Shown one piece after another: positions 47,688 through 56,407 of a DNA stretch of 64,000 nucleotides (position 1 is its first letter; each line of letters starts with the position of its first letter). Both the position numbers and the translations under genes were made by a program. This DNA comes from Acidobacteriota bacterium (lineage in GTDB: Bacteria; Acidobacteriota; UBA6911; JACQSX01): the NCBI GenBank assembly GCA_036507075.1, contig DASXQR010000010.1, forward strand, positions 1-64,000. Direction: 5' to 3'. Under the pieces are notes generated by a model, which was given only the letters and a program-made list of their open reading frames with translations, was not told the DNA's origin and searched no databases.

Positions 47688-48707
47688 ATGAAATTTTTTA
47701 GATACGGCTTGGTTTTGTTCCTTTCTGTTCTCAATTCAGGACCGGCATTCGGGGCGGCGCAAAAAGTGCGTGTGGTATGTACTCTTCCAACCCTGCGGGC
47801 ACTGACCGAGGAAGTAGGGGGTAATCGCGTCGATGTGATCAGCCTTGCAAAGGGAGATCAGGATCCGCACTTTGTCACTCCTACCCCGGTTTTGATGAAA
47901 AAGACCCGGGAAGCGGATCTGTTCCTTGAAAACGGATTCTCGCTCGAATTATGGGCCGATGAGGTGGTCAACGGTTCCGGAAATTCGAAGATCTTTCGGG
48001 GTACGCCGGGTCGGATTATCGCCGGAAGGAGGATTTCGGCACTCGAAATTCCGTCCGTCATCTCCCGCGAGCTGGGTGACATCCATCCGCAGGGAAATCC
48101 ACATGTCTGGCTCGATCCATTGCTGGCGAAAGTGGAAGCGGAAAACATCGCCGAGGCTCTCAAGTCAGCCGATCCGGCAGGGGCGAGCTATTATGACTCG
48201 CGGCTCGCCGATTTTGAAAGACGGATTGACCTGGCTCTATTTGGGTCGGAGCTTCTCAAGTCGGTGGGAATACAAAAACTCACTCGACTGGCGATGAGCG
48301 GCGAGCTGCATCGTTTCCTGGAGTCCAACAAGCTTACCGGCCAGGCCGGGGGCTGGCTGAAAGCTGCCGAACCTCTTCGAGGAAAGAAAGCGTACGAGTT
48401 CCACAAGGTATGGGTCTATTTCGCCCGTACTTTTGGCCTGCAGTTGGCCGGCACGATCGAAGAGCGGCCGGGGATCCCTCCGGGACCGCAACACGTTCGG
48501 CAAGTGACCGAAAGAATAAAAGCGGAAAAGATCCCGCTTATTCTGGTGGATAATTTTTACGACGCCGCGCTGCCGCGAAACATCGCACGGCAAACAGGAG
48601 CAAGCGTTGTGGTGCTTCCCAATCAGGTGGATGGCGAGCCGGGGATCAAGACCTACTTTGATCTGATCGACCATATAATTCAGAAGATCGCGGCGGCGGT
48701 TAAGTAG
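47688..48707 (+). CDS. Metal ABC transporter substrate-binding protein (ZnuA/TroA family)
   Basis: QDPHF, HPQGNPHVWLDP, EERPGIPP. Confidence 0.92.
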   Translation: MKFFRYGLVLFLSVLNSGPAFGAAQKVRVVCTLPTLRALTEEVGGNRVDVISLAKGDQDPHFVTPTPVLMKKTREADLFLENGFSLELWADEVVNGSGNSKIFRGTPGRIIAGRRISALEIPSVISRELGDIHPQGNPHVWLDPLLAKVEAENIAEALKSADPAGASYYDSRLADFERRIDLALFGSELLKSVGIQKLTRLAMSGELHRFLESNKLTGQAGGWLKAAEPLRGKKAYEFHKVWVYFARTFGLQLAGTIEERPGIPPGPQHVRQVTERIKAEKIPLILVDNFYDAALPRNIARQTGASVVVLPNQVDGEPGIKTYFDLIDHIIQKIAAAVK

Positions 48708-48709
48708 AA

Positions 48710-49205
48710 AGTTTGCGAGTTGCGGGTTTGCGGGTTGCGGGTTTGCGCGTTGCGGGTTTGCGCGTTTGCGGGTTTGCGCGTTGCGGGTTTGCGCGTTTGC
48801 GCGTTTGCGGGTTTGCGGGTTGCGGGTTGCGGGTTTGCGGGTTACCGGGTTGCGGGTTTGCGCGTTTGCGGATTTGCGGGTTTGCGGGTTACCGGGTTGC
48901 GGGTTTGCGCGTTGCGGGTTTGCGCGTTGCGGGTTTACGGGTTGCGAGTTTGTGGGTTGCGGGGTTTGCGGGCTCAAACGATTCAGAGCCAGTCGCCGGT
49001 TGAAAAGCAGAGATTAAAAATTATTAAAAATTAAAAATTCCGAAAATTTCGAATTTTCAATTTTGAACCCGAACCTAAAGCGAAACCCGAAACCTCATAA
49101 TCCGGAAACCCACAACGTGGAACCCGTAACCCGTAAACTCGTAACCCGGAAACCCATAACCCGTAGACCTGGAACCCGTAACCCGGAAACCCGTAACTTG
49201 TAACT
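48710..49205. repeat. Large imperfect inverted repeat of 7-8 bp tandem units with AT-rich core
   Basis: More than 30 GCG(G/C)GTT(T) units at 48710-48973; AAAATT/AATTTT core at 49014-49067; AACCCGT/AACCCGG units at 49066-49205. Confidence 0.92.
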
Positions 49206-49226
49206 CAAGCTGTAGCGCGAGGGCGC

Positions 49227-50678
49227 ATGCTCAGTTTTTCAGAACTAGCCTGGATGGTGACGCCGTTTCTGGCGTGTCTGGTGCTGTCCATCAACCATGT
49301 ATATCTCGGTATTCACGTAATTGCCAGGAAGGTAATCTTCGTCGATCTGGCGCTGGCTCAAATCGCGGCTCTGGGCGCCACCTACGCCATTACGCTTGGA
49401 TATGATGCCCGCGAAGACGCGCTTAGAGTTTCGCTCTTTTCCCTTGCCTTCACGTTTGCGGGGGCGGGCGCATTCGCCATCGCCCGCATGCGCAAGGAAA
49501 GAGTTCCACAGGAAGCATTCATCGGAATCATTTATGCCGCAGCCTCCGCAGCAGCGATACTGATCCTTTCCAAATCCACCACCGGCGGTGAAGAACTCAA
49601 GCACATGCTGGTCGGCGATGTCCTGCTGGTGACAAACAAAGAAGTGCTTGAGATGGCTCTGCTGTACGCGGCTATCGGACTGTTTCACGTGATCTTCCGC
49701 CGGCAGTTCCTCACTATTTCTCTCGACCCCGAGACTGCGGAGAGGAAGCTCAATATTCGATTCTGGGACATCCTGTTCTATATGTCCTTTGGCGTGGTGA
49801 TTACCAAGTCGGTAGCGATCGTCGGCGTGCTTCTGGTGTTCTCTTACCTGGTGGTGCCGGCCGTCATAGCCCAGATGTGGAGCAATACGGTTCGCGGAAG
49901 ACTTTTCCTGGGGTGGCTTGTGGCCATCGTTGCCAGCACCTTCGGCATTCTCTGGTCGTTCCGGGCTGATTATCCGACCGGCCCAGCCGTGGTTGTAATG
50001 CTCTTCCTGTTTCTGGTGCTTTCCGGCGTTATCTATTATCTGCAGCATGCGCCGTCGAAGCTGCGCGCCGCCGGCAACGTTGCCGCGATTTCACTGGCTG
50101 CCGTGCTCTTCTTTGCGGTTCTCTCTCATTTCCGCAAAACCGCTCCAGCGGAAGCCGGTCCGCGCCCGGGGGCGGTGGAGCTGTTGTTAAACGAGCTCAA
50201 GCACGATGATGAAGCGCGCCAACTGGACGGCATTCGCCATTTGGCGGAAATGCGCGATCCCCGCATTGTCCCGGCTCTGGAAAATCTGTTAAAGCGCGCG
50301 CAGTCCGAGCAGGTCATCGAAGCCGCGGTGGATGCGCTGGCAAAGCAGGAAGATCCCCATGCCGCTCCGGCGCTGCGAGCGGCGGCACAAACTACTCATG
50401 ACGATTTTCTGCAGCTTTCCATCGCAAGAGCCCAACTGGCGGTCGGGGACAAAGCGGGCTTTGAGACATTGATGCGGATTCTCAGCGGCCAGGGAGTAAC
50501 CGTGGCGCGCCGGCAGGCCAACGAGTTAATCGAACGGTATGCCGGACGCTCATTCGGCTACAATGCCGACTATCCGGCGGCCCAGAATCGCGCAGCGCTG
50601 CAGCGAATCGAAGAATGGTGGAAAAGAGAAGGCAGCCGGCTGCGCTGGGACGCGAAAGCGAAGCGCTTCGTCGGCTAG
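49227..50678 (+). CDS. Metal ABC transporter permease (ZnuB-like) fused to C-terminal HEAT repeats
   Basis: YLGIHVIARKVIFVDLALAQIAALG, GVLLVFSYLVVPA, DYPTGP; then DPRIVPAL and AAVDALA repeats. Confidence 0.9.
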   Translation: MLSFSELAWMVTPFLACLVLSINHVYLGIHVIARKVIFVDLALAQIAALGATYAITLGYDAREDALRVSLFSLAFTFAGAGAFAIARMRKERVPQEAFIGIIYAAASAAAILILSKSTTGGEELKHMLVGDVLLVTNKEVLEMALLYAAIGLFHVIFRRQFLTISLDPETAERKLNIRFWDILFYMSFGVVITKSVAIVGVLLVFSYLVVPAVIAQMWSNTVRGRLFLGWLVAIVASTFGILWSFRADYPTGPAVVVMLFLFLVLSGVIYYLQHAPSKLRAAGNVAAISLAAVLFFAVLSHFRKTAPAEAGPRPGAVELLLNELKHDDEARQLDGIRHLAEMRDPRIVPALENLLKRAQSEQVIEAAVDALAKQEDPHAAPALRAAAQTTHDDFLQLSIARAQLAVGDKAGFETLMRILSGQGVTVARRQANELIERYAGRSFGYNADYPAAQNRAALQRIEEWWKREGSRLRWDAKAKRFVG

Positions 50679-50708
50679 CGCTTGATTCTGCAGGTTCGGC
50701 AAGGATTG

Positions 50709-50863
50709 TTCACCACAAAGGCACACAGAACACGAAGCAAGAGGCGGGGCGGGCAGAGACCGGTCAGCTTTAAAAACTCGTCGCTACGGGTCACCTTATT
50801 TTCGCTGACCGGTCTCTGCCCGCCCCGCGTCTTACTTTGTGCCCTTTGTGCCTTTGTGGTGAA
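50709..50863. repeat. Nested inverted repeat between convergent genes
   Basis: Outer TTCACCACAAAGGCACA arms; inner GCGGGGCGGGCAGAGACCGGTCAGC arms. Confidence 0.88.
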
Positions 50864-50880
50864 AAGGCTTTTCCGAATTT

Positions 50881-51489
50881 TCAAATGAGCACGCCACGCC
50901 TTCTAAACTCCGCAAGCAACTGTTCCTCGTTCTCGAAGCGGATGCTGAAAATCCCCATGCTGCGCGCCGCAACTAGGTTCTCCTCCAAATCATCCACGTA
51001 AACTGTCTCATCCGGTCTGGACGCGGCGCGCGCCATGGCTGCCTGGAAGATTTCCGGTTCCGGTTTCATCGCTCCCACTTCGAAAGAAAGAATGGCATCG
51101 TCAAATTCTCCCAGAACTGGATATCTTGTCCGCATAAAACCAAAATGCAGCGGGTTGGTATTGGACAACAGCATCAGTCGATAACGTTCCTTCAGCGACC
51201 GCAGTGTCTCGGGTCTTACCAGCATTTCTTCATGGAAAATCGCGCTCCAGATATCCGCAAACTGCTGCGCCGTGATATCGCACAGTTTCAGGCGCGCGCA
51301 GATCTCATCAAAGAAATCCTCATTTTTCACTCTGCCGCTTTCAAAATCATTGATTCGCGGCCAGCCTCGAAGCAGGTCCACCATTTCAGCAGTGGAGTAC
51401 GAGGTTCTTCCCTGCAGGCCCTGCAGCGCTAAGCGGGGATCGAACTTGATCAGGACATTCCCGATGTCGAACAAAATCGTGCGGATCAT
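50881..51489 (-). CDS. HAD family phosphatase (YihX-like)
   Basis: FDIGNVL, LSNTN, KPEPEIF, YVDDLEEN. Confidence 0.9.
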   Translation of the reverse strand: MIRTILFDIGNVLIKFDPRLALQGLQGRTSYSTAEMVDLLRGWPRINDFESGRVKNEDFFDEICARLKLCDITAQQFADIWSAIFHEEMLVRPETLRSLKERYRLMLLSNTNPLHFGFMRTRYPVLGEFDDAILSFEVGAMKPEPEIFQAAMARAASRPDETVYVDDLEENLVAARSMGIFSIRFENEEQLLAEFRRRGVLI

Positions 51490-51497
51490 GGAAGGTG

Positions 51498-52178
51498 TTA
51501 TACCTGACCTTCGCGTGACGGAGCTGCGTTGCCGGTGAGTGAAAACTGAATGAAGGGGATGGCCAGGCCCGACAAAAGGCGCTGCAGGGCATCAAGCTGG
51601 GATTCGAAAAAATGGTCCGCGGGCAAAGTCACTTTCAAATTTGGAGCGCCCACCCATCCTCCCAGTTCCGATCGCTGAGCCGCGCTGCTGAAAGCGTCAT
51701 TCTCGGCAAAAACCAAAACCGTCGGAAGCCGCAACTGCCGCAGAAAATCAAACGCATAATGCTCGGCCGGCGGGGCGATCAGCACCAGGGCGGCGACAGC
51801 CTCGGAGCGGGCCACACTTGCTGCCACGAAGGAGCCAAAGGAGTAGCCGCACAGTACGATCTCGGTTTGCAGCGATCGCTTCCGGGCTTCGTGCAGCACG
51901 ATTTTGAGGTCATCCTGCTCGCCCCTTCCCTCGTCAAATGAGCCGCTGCTCTGTCCTACACCCCGGAAATTGAAACGGATCACATCAAAGCCGTTTTCAA
52001 AGAAAGCCTTTGAGGCGTGAAATACGACTTTGTTGTGCATTGTGCCGCCGTGCGTCGAGAGCGGATGGCAAATGACGACCATGCGACCCGCGGGCACAGG
52101 TTGATGCTTCCATTGCACCTCGAGCTTTCCGGAAGGCGAAGGTAAGAGCAAGCTCTCAATTTTTCCGAGATGAGACAT
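51498..52178 (-). CDS. Alpha/beta hydrolase (COG2945-like)
   Basis: HP..HGGTMHNKVV, RFNFRGVG.S, GYSFG, ADHFF. Confidence 0.88.
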   Translation of the reverse strand: MSHLGKIESLLLPSPSGKLEVQWKHQPVPAGRMVVICHPLSTHGGTMHNKVVFHASKAFFENGFDVIRFNFRGVGQSSGSFDEGRGEQDDLKIVLHEARKRSLQTEIVLCGYSFGSFVAASVARSEAVAALVLIAPPAEHYAFDFLRQLRLPTVLVFAENDAFSSAAQRSELGGWVGAPNLKVTLPADHFFESQLDALQRLLSGLAIPFIQFSLTGNAAPSREGQV

Positions 52179-52207
52179 GTCACGTTACCGGTTTCCGGGC
52201 GCGCAAG

Positions 52208-52416
52208 CCTGGATTATTCACAAATCTCAACCGCCAAGAACGCTAACAGCGCTAAGAAAAGCGCCAAGGACGGGGGCTGAAACTTGAAGTATGAAGGCAC
52301 CACGCATAGGCTTGACGCGGTTGATAACTTTCATACTTCAAGTTTCAGCCCCCGTCCTTGGCGCTCTCTTGGCGTTCTTGGTGTTCTTCGCGGTTAAGAT
52401 TTGTGAATAATCCAGG
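52208..52416. repeat. Long nested inverted repeat (MITE-like), second copy
   Basis: Same inner and outer arms as 44153-44346 with a different loop; CCTGGATTATTCA / TGAATAATCCAGG ends. Confidence 0.9.
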
Positions 52417-52438
52417 TTTACGCGCCTGGCAGCCAATG

Positions 52439-53962
52439 TTATCGTGCCGCGCTTCTGCCGGCGGCGGCCCGGTCCCTGTTTGAACGGGCCAGGTGGCTGT
52501 GCTTCCTCCCATAACCGAAGTAAATCAGAAACCCGAGTCCCAGCCAAACTATCAGCCGCAGCCAGTTTTCCGCCGGCAGCGAGAACATCAGCAGCATGCA
52601 GGTCGCCATTCCCATGATCGGAACAAAGGGAACCAGCGGGGCCCGGAAAGGCCGCTCCGCTTCGGGATGCTTGCGACGCATGATCAAAACCGCGGCGCAG
52701 ACCATGACAAAGGCCAGCAGCGTGCCGATATTTACAAGCTGCGCCAGTATCCGCAGCGGCAGAAATGCGGCCATGATGGCGACAAATATTCCGGTCAGGA
52801 TGGTTGATTTCCATGGTGTTCGGAAACGCTCATGGACCGCGCCGAAGAAACTTTCCGGTAGCAGGCCGTCTCTTGCCATCGCCAGAAAGACTCGGGGCTG
52901 GCTGAGCATCATCACCAGCAGCACGGATGTGATGCCCGTGAGCGCTCCCAGGGCAACCAGGTACTGTGCCCAAGGCAGACCGACCTGCTTGAACGCGTCC
53001 ACCACCGGGGCATTGATATCTATCTTGTTGTAGGGGACCATTCCCGTCAGGACAGCCGCGACGGCGATGTACAGCACCGTGCAGATCAGCAGAGAGGAAA
53101 TCAAGCCGATTGGAACGTCGCGTTGCGGCCGGCGTGCTTCTTCCGCGTGCGTAGAAACCGAGTCAAAACCAATGTAGGCAAAAAAGATGATGGCGGCACC
53201 GGCAAGCATGCCCAGCGGCTCACCCCCCGCATCCGCCTTCCCGAACAGGGTCTTCCCAAAGAAACTGATCCCGGTAAGGCCATAGGGAGCGAAGGGATGC
53301 CAGTTTGCCGGGTTCACGTACCGGATGCCTACCACGATCACAAAGATAACGATCGCCAGTTTCGTGATCACCATTCCGGCATTGATGCTGGCGCTCTCTT
53401 TGATGCCAATGACCAGAATCATGGTCACCAGGCCCGCGATGATGATGGCGGGCAGATCAAAGTACGTCCCCGTTGCCACCAGCTTACCCTGCACCGGATC
53501 GTAGTCGAAGGGCGCGGTAGAGAAGACGTGAGGCACCTTCCAGCCGAATACCTGGATGAACTCCTGAAAGTGGGCCGACCAGCCATGCGCCACCGTCCCT
53601 GACGCCACCGCGTACTCGAGAATCAAGTCCCAGCCGATGATCCATGCGAAGAGTTCTCCCATGGTGGCGTAGGAGTAGGTGTAGGCGGAGCCCGCGACCG
53701 GCACCATCGAGGCGAACTCGGCGTAACAGAGGGCCGCAAACACGCAGGCTACTCCGGCGGACACAAACGACAACATCAGAGCCGGACCCGTTTTGTCATG
53801 CGCGGCCTGCCCTGTCAGTACGAATATGCCCGTACCGATGATCGCGCCCACCCCCAGGCCCGTCAGTTGCACCGGACCCAGTACTCTCCTGAGGCGGTTC
53901 TCTCCTCTCATCTCCTCCAGCAGCAGAGCCAGTGGCTTCCTGCTAAAATATTGGTTGGCCAT
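52439..53962 (-). CDS. APC family amino acid permease
   Basis: GAIIGTGIFV, CYAEFAS.VPVAGSAY.Y, FFAYIGFD, MARDGLLP. Confidence 0.95.
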   Translation of the reverse strand: MANQYFSRKPLALLLEEMRGENRLRRVLGPVQLTGLGVGAIIGTGIFVLTGQAAHDKTGPALMLSFVSAGVACVFAALCYAEFASMVPVAGSAYTYSYATMGELFAWIIGWDLILEYAVASGTVAHGWSAHFQEFIQVFGWKVPHVFSTAPFDYDPVQGKLVATGTYFDLPAIIIAGLVTMILVIGIKESASINAGMVITKLAIVIFVIVVGIRYVNPANWHPFAPYGLTGISFFGKTLFGKADAGGEPLGMLAGAAIIFFAYIGFDSVSTHAEEARRPQRDVPIGLISSLLICTVLYIAVAAVLTGMVPYNKIDINAPVVDAFKQVGLPWAQYLVALGALTGITSVLLVMMLSQPRVFLAMARDGLLPESFFGAVHERFRTPWKSTILTGIFVAIMAAFLPLRILAQLVNIGTLLAFVMVCAAVLIMRRKHPEAERPFRAPLVPFVPIMGMATCMLLMFSLPAENWLRLIVWLGLGFLIYFGYGRKHSHLARSNRDRAAAGRSAAR

Positions 53963-54037
53963 CCGTTAACCTCCGCGTCATTGACAGCGCCCAAGAATAT
54001 CAGTGGGATATCGCGCTAGCAAGCGCGGATCATCGCC

Positions 54038-54877
54038 ATGAAAATCATTGACACGCATCGGCACCTGTGGGATCTGGATCTGTTCTCGTACTCCTGGTGC
54101 AGGAACATCCCCGCTCTGAATCGCAGCTTTCGAATGAACGATTATAGGGAAGCGATTCAGCACCTGAACGTAACCAAGTCCGTTCATCTGGAAGCCGATG
54201 TGGATGAACCCTGGATGCTTCAGGAGACACGGCACATTCTCGCGCTTGCCGCACAGGACAACCTCTTGCAGGGAGTGGTGGCCTGCTGCCGTCCCGAGAA
54301 AAAAAGTTTCCGGGCATACCTGGATCAAATCGCAGGCGAGCCGGCATTAAAAGGAGTTCGCCGCGTACTGCACACCCAACCCGACGAGCTATCGCAGAGC
54401 AGTCTATTTATCGAGAATATTCGCTCTCTCGCCGATTATGGCCTCTGTTTCGACATTTGTGTGTTGGCCCGCCAGCTTCCATTGGCTTTCCAGTTGGTCC
54501 GGGCATGCCCGGACGTTTCTTTTATCCTGGACCATTGCGGCAATCCACTGATCAGGGAAGGATTGGCGAAACCGTGGCGCGCTCAGATGGGCGAGATGGC
54601 TTTGCTGCCCAACCTGGTTTGCAAGATTTCGGGAATTGTGACGAACGCGGATCTAGACCACTGGTCTACCGAAAATCTGCGTCCCTATGTAGAGCACGTG
54701 CTGGAGCGCTTTGGTTGGGACCGCGTGATATTTGGCAGCGATTGGCCTGTGTGCACCCTTGCCGCAAGCTTGACGGAATGGGTCGAGGCTTTGATGAAAA
54801 TCACCGGAACGGCTTCTCTGCAGGATCAGGAAAAACTCTTCTGGCGCAATGCGGAGAGAATTTACCGGCTTGGCTAG
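54038..54877 (+). CDS. Amidohydrolase_2 family protein (L-fuconolactonase-like)
   Basis: IDTHRHLW, LDHCG.P, CKISG, FGSDWPV. Confidence 0.9.
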   Translation: MKIIDTHRHLWDLDLFSYSWCRNIPALNRSFRMNDYREAIQHLNVTKSVHLEADVDEPWMLQETRHILALAAQDNLLQGVVACCRPEKKSFRAYLDQIAGEPALKGVRRVLHTQPDELSQSSLFIENIRSLADYGLCFDICVLARQLPLAFQLVRACPDVSFILDHCGNPLIREGLAKPWRAQMGEMALLPNLVCKISGIVTNADLDHWSTENLRPYVEHVLERFGWDRVIFGSDWPVCTLAASLTEWVEALMKITGTASLQDQEKLFWRNAERIYRLG

Positions 54878-54891
54878 GAGAACCCAAAGAA

Positions 54892-55009
54892 TCACCACAA
54901 AGACACAGCCCGGCCGCTGGCTGCAACCAAAAAGCCGTCGACGTGCACGTGAGCCTCCTCGGCTTTTTCTTTGGTTGCGGCCTACGGCCGGGCTGTGCCT
55001 CTGTGGTGA
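54892..55009. repeat. Inverted repeat element with CACCACA...GCAACCAA termini
   Basis: TCACCACAAAGACACAGCCCGGCCG..GCAACCAAA / TTTGGTTGCGGCCTACGGCCGGGCTGTGCCTCTGTGGTGA between convergent genes. Confidence 0.88.
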
Positions 55010-55018
55010 AAGAGTCAA

Positions 55019-56080
55019 TCACTCGCGCCAGGCAAAGGCGACTTGCTCAGGCATTTCCGCATTTTTGTCTTGCAGCAGCTCCTCGCTGCCGCCTCTTTTA
55101 CCGGCGGCGCCCCGCGGAGGCATGCCGTGACGCTGCTGCAGCATTCGCACAATGGATTGCACTTGGGCAATGTAGCCCTTTGGCGCGTATTTCTTTGCGT
55201 ATAAAGTTTTGTACTTTGGCAATAACTGGGGAAACTCCGTATTCAGAAAGCGGAGAAAGTGATCGCGCGTGCCGCCTTCCAGATAAAGCACATTGGCGCC
55301 GACAAAACGAGCCCCGTGCCGCGCGATCTCGCAAATGGTGCGCTCCAGTTTGGAGCGGTTAGAAGTGATGCCGGGCACGATTGGCGCCATCAGAACGCCG
55401 GCATTCACTCCCGCATTCACCAACTCGCGCACCGCTCTCAAGCGCTGCAAGGGATGTGCTGTTCCCGGCTCCAGCCTCCGCCAGGCTTCTTCGTCTACCG
55501 TGGGGACGCTGAAGTAGACGGTGCACCCGGCTGCCCGGGTAAGGTCGGCCAGCACATCACAGTCACGTACAATCATCGGCCCTTTGGTAACCAGACCGAC
55601 GGGAGTATGAAAATCGCGCAGAGCTTCCAGCGACCGCCGGCTCAGTTTGTAGTGACCTTCGATGGGTTGGTAAGGGTCTGTGGCCGTCCCGAACGCTACC
55701 AACTCCCGGTTCCATGAGGATTTCCGGAGCTCGCGCCGCAGGACGTCTGTAAAATTCGTTTTTACCAGAATCAACGAGGAGAACTCATCTCCCGGGTTTA
55801 ATTCGAACTGAGTCTGATATCGCCGGGCGAAACAGTAATGACAACCGTGCGTGCACCCCCGGTAAGGGTTGAGCGTCCAGCCAAAGGGCATTCCTTCGAC
55901 CCGGTTAAGAGCCGAACGACAGACCACTTCCTGGTAAGAAGCATCGTCGGATCGGTGGACGGCACCCGTCAGGGCGGCAACTCCACCTTCTTTTACCAGC
56001 CGCGCAATAGTGCGCGTGGTTGGCTTTTCGGAAGCCAGGTCAAAGAGAAACGGGGTTTTTTGGGTCCGGTCCGGCGGCAT
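55019..56080 (-). CDS. Radical SAM protein, spore photoproduct lyase-like (Rv2578c family)
   Basis: NPYRGCTHGCHYCFAR, TATDPYQP.E, LEPG. Confidence 0.9.
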   Translation of the reverse strand: MPPDRTQKTPFLFDLASEKPTTRTIARLVKEGGVAALTGAVHRSDDASYQEVVCRSALNRVEGMPFGWTLNPYRGCTHGCHYCFARRYQTQFELNPGDEFSSLILVKTNFTDVLRRELRKSSWNRELVAFGTATDPYQPIEGHYKLSRRSLEALRDFHTPVGLVTKGPMIVRDCDVLADLTRAAGCTVYFSVPTVDEEAWRRLEPGTAHPLQRLRAVRELVNAGVNAGVLMAPIVPGITSNRSKLERTICEIARHGARFVGANVLYLEGGTRDHFLRFLNTEFPQLLPKYKTLYAKKYAPKGYIAQVQSIVRMLQQRHGMPPRGAAGKRGGSEELLQDKNAEMPEQVAFAWRE

Positions 56081-56155
56081 TACCACCTTTTTTTCACCTC
56101 TCTGGTCATTGTCCTCCCAGACGCACATTCGAGTCAAGCTGTCTCTGGCGCAGGT

Positions 56156-56320
56156 AGTGATCTGGCTTGTGCCCGTCGAGAAAAAGACTTCACCACAGAG
56201 GTTTAGCGCGGCAGAGCCGCAACCAAAAGTCAAGGAGAGACGGCCTGAGGGCCGTCTCTCTGCGGTGCCCTGCCAAGCTGAGACGGCCGTCAGGCCGTCT
56301 CTCCGCTCCCGAATGATTTG
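56156..56320 (-). mobile_element. MITE/REP-like element, third copy (inverted)
   Basis: Reverse complement of 11852-12017 over its full length. Confidence 0.65.
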
Positions 56321-56407
56321 CGCAGGCCCCGAAAATTCTCAATGGTGCACGCCAGGAGAAACTGATAGAGACGGGCGGGAGAACAAAGTAGCCGATAGGA
56401 GGTCCGA

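Noticed and set aside
48237..49034. Low-complexity ORFs (RVAGLRVCG / NPQRANPQ)
   Set aside because: Translations of the 7-8 bp DNA repeat, open in several frames on both strands.
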